In this document: positions 25,506 through 30,191 of the stretch, piece after piece
How the letters are laid out: every line of letters starts with the position of its first letter
Position numbering within the stretch: position 1 is the stretch's first letter
From: Planctomycetaceae bacterium
GTDB taxonomy: Bacteria; Planctomycetota; Planctomycetia; Pirellulales; Thermoguttaceae
DNA: 30,191 nt
Direction of reading: 5' to 3'
Assembly: GCA_031261125.1 (NCBI GenBank)
Contig: JAISJZ010000094.1
Location: forward strand, 1-30,191
Program-made: the position numbers and the translations under genes
The notes under the pieces: model-generated
The model's input: the letters and a program-made list of their open reading frames with translations, nothing else
Told to the model about the DNA's origin: nothing
Databases searched by the model: none

Positions 25506-26830
25506 TATGAACAATTCGTCATTAACTCTTTGATTTGCTGCTTCGTTTCTTCGATACTTGCCGGTTCGGACACGTTCTGCTGTAAAAACTTGTCAATCGC
25601 CGGTTTCATTTTAATCGCCTTGTCAACGTCGGGATTGCTGCCCGTCTGGTACGCACCGATTGAAATCACATCTTCTTTGTCCAAATAGGCACCGAGCAGC
25701 CGCCGCATTGCCCTTGCCGCCTGCAAGTGTTCCTTGTCGCAGATGTCCGGCATCAGCCGGCTGATACTTTCAACCGGGTCAATCGCCGGATAATGTCCGC
25801 GGGTACTCAACTTCCTGCTCAACCAAATATGTCCGTCGAGCAAGCCCCGCACAGTATCGCCGATAATATCGCTGTGGTCGTCGCCTTCCACAAGTACCGT
25901 GAAAAACGCCGTTATCGTTCCTTTTACCGAACGTCCCGCCCGTTCCACCAGCCGCGGCAACATTCCGAACACCGACGGCGGATAACCCTTCGTCGTCGGC
26001 GGTTCCCCGGCGGCTAATCCGATTTCCCGCTGCGCCATTGCAAAACGGGTCAGCGAATCCATCATTACCAAGACGTTTTTGCCTTGGTCGCGGAAATACT
26101 CGGCGATTGCCATTGCTGTCATCGGCGCACGCACCCGCATCAACGCCGGTTCGTTTGACGTTGCCACCACCACCACGGACTTTTTGATACCGTCTCCTAA
26201 ATCCCGTTCGATAAAATCGTTCAATTCCCGACCGCGCTCGCCGATAAGCCCGATGACAATCACTTCCGCTTCGGTGTAGCGGGCAATCATTCCGAGCGTT
26301 ACGCTTTTACCGACACCGGAACCCGCAAAGATGCCGAGACGCTGTCCCGCCCCGCAGGTCAACATTCCGTCAATCGCCCGGACACCGGTCGAAAGAATTT
26401 TGTTAATCCGCGGTCGGGAACTGGCAATCGGCGGTTCATTGTCGAAGACCGTTCGGTCTTCCAAAACCGGTACCGGTTTGCCGTCCACGGGTTTTCCTTC
26501 GGCATTGACAACGCGTCCGAGCAGATTTTCGCCGACTTTCAGCCACGGCAGGGTCTTAACAAGCGTAATGCGGGTGCCGCGGCGGACACCGGTAATATCG
26601 CTGTACGGATACAGCAGCGTTAAATCGTCTTTGAACCCGATGACTTCGGCATTGACATTTCCGCCGCCGCCAGCCGGGGTTAACTGTATTTCCGCCACAG
26701 AACCGACCGGTGCGGGAAAACCGGCAGCGGACAGCATCATTCCCTGCGTCTGCACAATCGTACCGGTAAGACGTACCGGCATTATGTTCTGGATATGTTC
26801 CGCGAATCGTTCCGCTAATCGGTTCTGCAT
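25505..26830 (-). CDS. fliI: Flagellar export ATPase FliI
   Basis: GQRLGIFAGSGVGKS, LIGERGRE, DSLTRFAMAQREIGLA, GYPPSVF, GSVKGTITAFFTVLVEGDD, GHYPAID, IGAY..GS; followed by fliJ. Confidence 0.93.
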   Translation of the reverse strand: MQNRLAERFAEHIQNIMPVRLTGTIVQTQGMMLSAAGFPAPVGSVAEIQLTPAGGGGNVNAEVIGFKDDLTLLYPYSDITGVRRGTRITLVKTLPWLKVGENLLGRVVNAEGKPVDGKPVPVLEDRTVFDNEPPIASSRPRINKILSTGVRAIDGMLTCGAGQRLGIFAGSGVGKSVTLGMIARYTEAEVIVIGLIGERGRELNDFIERDLGDGIKKSVVVVATSNEPALMRVRAPMTAMAIAEYFRDQGKNVLVMMDSLTRFAMAQREIGLAAGEPPTTKGYPPSVFGMLPRLVERAGRSVKGTITAFFTVLVEGDDHSDIIGDTVRGLLDGHIWLSRKLSTRGHYPAIDPVESISRLMPDICDKEHLQAARAMRRLLGAYLDKEDVISIGAYQTGSNPDVDKAIKMKPAIDKFLQQNVSEPASIEETKQQIKELMTNCS

Positions 26831-26872
26831 AACGGACAATAGCGAAAACGCCGGTTTATATCAAGAGGAGAA

Positions 26873-27766
26873 TTATTGCGGTGTCCCTAATCCTTCACTA
26901 ATCATTTCAATAAATTTTTTTGCGGTCTGCGTGAACATTTTCCGGTGCCGGTGAATAATTCCAATCGGGCGTTTCGGAACGTCCGGGGTTAATGTCCGGG
27001 CGGCAATTCTGCCGTACTGCGATTCGTGCCGCACCGACGGTTCCGGGACAATACTAATGCCCAGCCCGGATTCCACCGCTTGCTTAATCGTTTCAATGTT
27101 GTCAAATTCCATCGAAATACCAACGTGCTGACCGTAATGCCGGAAATACCGGTCAAGTTCCTTGCGGATAATGAGCGTCCGGTCAAAAGCAATAAATTCG
27201 TGTTCCGCCAATTCTTTGACATCGACGCTTTCCCGTTTCGCCAACGGATGAGCAGGCGGACAAATGAGTACCATATTTTCCGAACGCAGCGGAATGGTGT
27301 CGATTTCCTGCGATGCCGTCGGATACGAAACAATGCCCAAGTCCGCTTCGCAATTCAATACCGCGGTGTAAATCTTCGACGGATGAAGATATTCCAGATT
27401 GACTTTCGATTTCGGAAACGTCTGCATAAACTCTTTCATACACCGGCTCATTTCGTTTAAGCCGACGGAATAAATGGCGGCAACGCGGAGTTGTCCGCGG
27501 ACATTGCTTTCCGGCGATTTAATCAATTGAGCCGCATTATCGTATATTTCAAGAATGTCCCGAAACGCTTCATAACAGATTTGTCCTTCCGGTGTCAGTA
27601 CAAACGGGCGTTTGCCGCGGTCAATCAGAACAGAGCCGAGATGTTTTTCGAGGCGGTTAATCGACTGCGTAGCGGCGGATTGACTGACTTCGTTCGCGGA
27701 CGCGCCGCGGGAAAAACTTTGATGAAGAACAACATCGCAAAAAACCCGAAGCGTCGCAATGTTCAT
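26873..27766 (-). CDS. LysR family transcriptional regulator
   Basis: HTH MNIATLRVFCDVV...SFSRGA...VSQSAATQSINRLEKHLG, LTPEG, substrate-binding domain with DNIETIKQAVESGLGISIVP. Confidence 0.93.
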   Translation of the reverse strand: MNIATLRVFCDVVLHQSFSRGASANEVSQSAATQSINRLEKHLGSVLIDRGKRPFVLTPEGQICYEAFRDILEIYDNAAQLIKSPESNVRGQLRVAAIYSVGLNEMSRCMKEFMQTFPKSKVNLEYLHPSKIYTAVLNCEADLGIVSYPTASQEIDTIPLRSENMVLICPPAHPLAKRESVDVKELAEHEFIAFDRTLIIRKELDRYFRHYGQHVGISMEFDNIETIKQAVESGLGISIVPEPSVRHESQYGRIAARTLTPDVPKRPIGIIHRHRKMFTQTAKKFIEMISEGLGTPQ

Positions 27767-27886
27767 TGGAACAATACCGAAGGAGATGTAAATTAAAGCA
27801 CAAAGAGTATAAGTTATTGTGAACGAAATGCGCAAATTGTCAAGAGTGCCGGCACTTCCGGCACAGTGTTTTTCCTTTCCCCTCTC

Positions 27887-27914
27887 TTGACGGAAACAAA
27901 AAAAAAACTAGAAT
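27887..27914 (+). promoter_or_regulatory. Sigma70-type promoter of tRNA-Gln
   Basis: TTGACG-16 nt-TAGAAT, 13 nt before the tRNA 5' end. Confidence 0.65.
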
Positions 27915-27927
27915 AACGGCAACTTCC

Positions 27928-27998
27928 TGCGAGATGGTGTAAAGGCAGCACGAATGGCTCTGAACCATTTAGTCGGGGTTCGAATCCCTGTCTCGCAA
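27928..27998 (+). tRNA. tRNA-Gln (anticodon CTG)
   Basis: Acceptor TGCGAGA/TCTCGCA, anticodon arm AATGG-CTCTGAA-CCATT, T arm CGGGG-TTCGAAT-CCCTG; CCA not encoded. Confidence 0.95.
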
Positions 27999-28014
27999 TA
28001 AAGCCGCCGTTGAC

Positions 28015-29490
28015 CTACTTAACCTTCGTGTTCGGGTCAATCTTCTTCTTTTCCTCGAACTCCTGATGCACCGCTTTCAGGTCGTCTTCCGACGCTTGCT
28101 GAATCGCGTTCGGGTCGCCTGCCGCCGCCCAGTCCAGTCCTTCTTCGTCAAGATTTTCAAACTCAAACGGCACTTCCGTGAACGAGGCGTGCTGATAAAT
28201 CAGGTCAATCACCTTCCGTTCAATAATCTGATTGCGGAGGATGTCCATATCGCCTTCCTTTTCCAACTTCGCCCGGATACGCCGCGGCGAAACACCGCTT
28301 TGGGCGGCAATCAACGCCACTTCCGTGTTGTAATCCTCTTCGGTGTCTTCCACTTTTTCGACATCGGCAATCTTTTCAAGAATGAAATGTTCCTTCAACG
28401 CTCTTGCCGTTTCCGCCGCAATGTTCTGACGGATATAATTCTGATGCGCCAGAACGTCTTCGTTGCTGTATCCGCTGCGCTGCAATTCGAGAACCTGCCG
28501 GCGGAACTCCCGTTCCGACTGCCGCTTCAATAAGCCGGGCGGCAAATCCCAACCGGCAGCCGCGGTGAGTTTTTCCGTAATCTGCTGCCGGGTATGACGG
28601 CGTTGTTCGTATTCCAGTTGCCGCTGCAATGTGTCAAGAACCGCATCCCGGAAATCGCCGACGTTATCAAAACCGCCGAGCCGTTCCAGAAAATCCTTCG
28701 ACAACGGCGGAACAACCAACTTTTTCACCGCAATAATGCTGAAGTGGACATCAATCGCTTTGCCGCGGTACGCCTCGTTCGCGGCATCTTTGGTCAACAC
28801 CACTTTTGATGTGATCACATCGCCCGCCTTCGCACCGCTCATCAGTTTATCGAATTCTTTGACCGAACCGTCGCGGAAAGACAGCACGGAACGAATCCGA
28901 ATCGTTTCGCTTTCGGATTGAGACAGCACCGTACCGCCGTCTTGAAACGTCAGTTTTGCAACGATGTAATCGCCGCTCTGCGCCGGTTCCTCTTTCGGTT
29001 CCAAATCGCCGTAGGAAGTCAAAACCCGTTCGACGGCTTTGTCAACGTCTTCGGCAGAAAATTCCCGCGTCTTTTTTTCGATTTTTAGTCCCTTCCATTC
29101 CGGCAGGTCGATTTCCGGTCGGACTTCGATATTGAATTCAAAGACGAACGGACCGTCGTTCGGCAGTGTCAAAGCGTTAAAATCGAAATCCGGTTCGCTA
29201 ATCGGGGTCAGTTCGTCGCTGTTATTGACTTGGGACAGAGCATCGAAGACGAGAGAGTAGCGGACGCGTTCGGAAGCATCTTTTTTGAACCGTTTTTCGA
29301 CGAGCGACCGCGGGGCTTTACCGGAACGGAAACCCGGAACGTATGCCGTTTTTTCTAAATCGGTGAACTCTTTTTGGAAGTACCGGTCGATTTCGGGGCG
29401 GGGAACGGTTACTTTAACGCGGCGTTCGCAGGAACTGACCTTTTGAATATCCGTAGTTAATTGGAGTGTATCAATGGTTTCTTCGGACAT
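28015..29490 (-). CDS. tig: Trigger factor
   Basis: VPGFRSGKAPRSLV ribosome-binding motif, FEFNIEVRPEI, FKBP-like middle region, C-terminal helical domain; ATG 29490 preferred. Confidence 0.95.
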   Translation of the reverse strand: MSEETIDTLQLTTDIQKVSSCERRVKVTVPRPEIDRYFQKEFTDLEKTAYVPGFRSGKAPRSLVEKRFKKDASERVRYSLVFDALSQVNNSDELTPISEPDFDFNALTLPNDGPFVFEFNIEVRPEIDLPEWKGLKIEKKTREFSAEDVDKAVERVLTSYGDLEPKEEPAQSGDYIVAKLTFQDGGTVLSQSESETIRIRSVLSFRDGSVKEFDKLMSGAKAGDVITSKVVLTKDAANEAYRGKAIDVHFSIIAVKKLVVPPLSKDFLERLGGFDNVGDFRDAVLDTLQRQLEYEQRRHTRQQITEKLTAAAGWDLPPGLLKRQSEREFRRQVLELQRSGYSNEDVLAHQNYIRQNIAAETARALKEHFILEKIADVEKVEDTEEDYNTEVALIAAQSGVSPRRIRAKLEKEGDMDILRNQIIERKVIDLIYQHASFTEVPFEFENLDEEGLDWAAAGDPNAIQQASEDDLKAVHQEFEEKKKIDPNTKVK

Positions 29491-29589
29491 TGGACAGGCA
29501 AGGGGTGAGAGGTACAAAAAAATCCGGCTATATCAATGAGCGAAATCAGCGTCTGATTCGCTCACGGACATCAACCGGACTTCGCAACA

Positions 29590-29662
29590 AGCGGGCGAAC
29601 GGGTTCGAACCGTCGACAACAACGTTGGCAACGTTGTGCTCTACCAACTGAGCTACGCCCGC
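29590..29662 (-). tRNA. tRNA-Gly (anticodon GCC)
   Basis: GCGGGCGTAGCTCAGTTGGTAGAGCACAACGTTGCCAACGTTGTTGTCGACGGTTCGAACCCGTTCGCCCGCT; CCA not encoded. Confidence 0.95.
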
Positions 29663-29711
29663 AACCTTTATCGGGAACCCAAACATTTCGGCACTCCGAT
29701 TTGTTTGCGGT

Positions 29712-29739
29712 ATTATAGCAGGTCTTTCGGACAACGCAA
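29712..29739 (-). promoter_or_regulatory. Sigma70-type promoter of tRNA-Gly (possibly also tig)
   Basis: Minus strand TTGCGT-16 nt-TATAAT, with TG extension (TGCTATAAT). Confidence 0.6.
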
Positions 29740-29855
29740 GCGGGGGCAATGAAAAACACAACGGACGGCGGGTTCAAATCTTATAGGTTTTTAACGGGGT
29801 AACGGCAACCACGAAAGACCGGAACTCCGCAAAGGGTTTGTCAAGATACGAGTTT

Positions 29856-30191
29856 TTACAGCCGCTCGATTTCTTCGATGGGCAGTTCGGTAATTTCGGA
29901 AATGTAGGCGACATCATCACCGTGGGCTTTCATACGGCGGGCATCTGTAATTTGTCTTTCAGATTGTCCTTCGACTCGTCCCTCAACTCGTCCTTCAACT
30001 CGTCCTTCAACTCGTCCTTTAACTTGTCCTGCTTTCCACGAATCGTTGATAGCCAATCGTTCGTAGAAATCGAACATTCTGCGCCGCTCTTCGAGATTAC
30101 GGCTGACAGGGTCTGCCTTATAGGCGGTGAACTGCCGCATTGCCTCTTGTATCTCCGGTTGGGCAAACGCTTCGCCGATGATAGAATTTTG
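29856..30191 (-). CDS. Rpn family recombination-promoting nuclease / PD-(D/E)XK putative transposase, 3' end only
   Basis: Frame is open to the window edge (QNSIIGEAFAQPEIQEAM...); EGRVEGRVEG repeats and ARRMKAHGDDVAYISEITELPIEEIERL tail typical of Rpn C-termini. The nuclease core is not in the window. Confidence 0.7.
   Translation of the reverse strand, partial: QNSIIGEAFAQPEIQEAMRQFTAYKADPVSRNLEERRRMFDFYERLAINDSWKAGQVKGRVEGRVEGRVEGRVEGQSERQITDARRMKAHGDDVAYISEITELPIEEIERL
29965..30030. repeat. 12-bp coding tandem repeat (~5.5 copies) encoding (GRVE)n
   Basis: TGTCCTTCGACT, CGTCCCTCAACT, CGTCCTTCAACT x2, CGTCCTTTAACT, TGTCCT. Confidence 0.85.

Noticed and set aside
26840-26872. Search for sigma28 or sigma54 promoters upstream of fliI (and cheA)
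   Set aside because: No TAAA-N15-GCCGATAA or GG-N10-GC consensus match found by eye.
27928-29662. tRNA genes as integration sites of an island
   Set aside because: No duplicated tRNA 3' end or integrase seen; the flanks are housekeeping genes (tig, LysR).
29546-29777. Short ORFs of 71 and 68 aa upstream of tig
   Set aside because: They are read-throughs of tRNA-Gly and its promoter.
29965-30030. Tandem repeats as a possible CRISPR array
   Set aside because: 12-bp units with no spacers, in-frame coding (GRVE)n, and no cas genes.
607-30166. Numerous 60-260 aa alternative-frame and antisense ORFs (e.g. 23925-24707, 17829-18446, 9840-10442, 24712-25335)
   Set aside because: They lie entirely over well-supported genes, show no recognisable motifs, and are expected shadows in moderately GC-rich coding DNA.

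Overview
A ~30 kb chromosomal window, mostly housekeeping and envelope genes. It probably comes from a planctomycete, inferred from the PPC-repeat, VWA/GATase, YCF48/CBM9, ECF and ABC-2 permease families and the DUF1559-like motif. Genes in order: 3' part of an FkbO/Hyg5 (Rid-fold) chorismatase-like gene, an AroA-like gene, cheA, O-antigen ligase family, PPC-domain exported protein, ECF sigma plus a small partner, a membrane protein read in-frame into tsaE, ABC-2 permease, LPG-synthase/flippase-like TM protein, YCF48-like multidomain protein, VWA protein, a ketosynthase homolog, galK, tkt, a hypothetical membrane protein, fliJ, fliI, LysR, tRNA-Gln(CTG), tig, tRNA-Gly(GCC) and the 3' end of an Rpn/PD-(D/E)XK gene. 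The most striking item is an orphan CheA whose domains are circularly permuted (P3-P4-P5-linker-P1-P2 instead of P1-P2-P3-P4-P5), with intact kinase boxes and phospho-His. Also notable: an intact AroA homolog that keeps most shikimate-3-phosphate ligands but has lost the PEP-site residues; a stand-alone ketosynthase homolog lacking the whole Cys-His-His triad; an apparent tsaE fusion that one A lost from an A8 tract would undo; and degenerate 7-bp repeat arrays both between genes and in-frame inside a permease. All family and residue assignments are by eye from remembered motifs; no database search or alignment was run.
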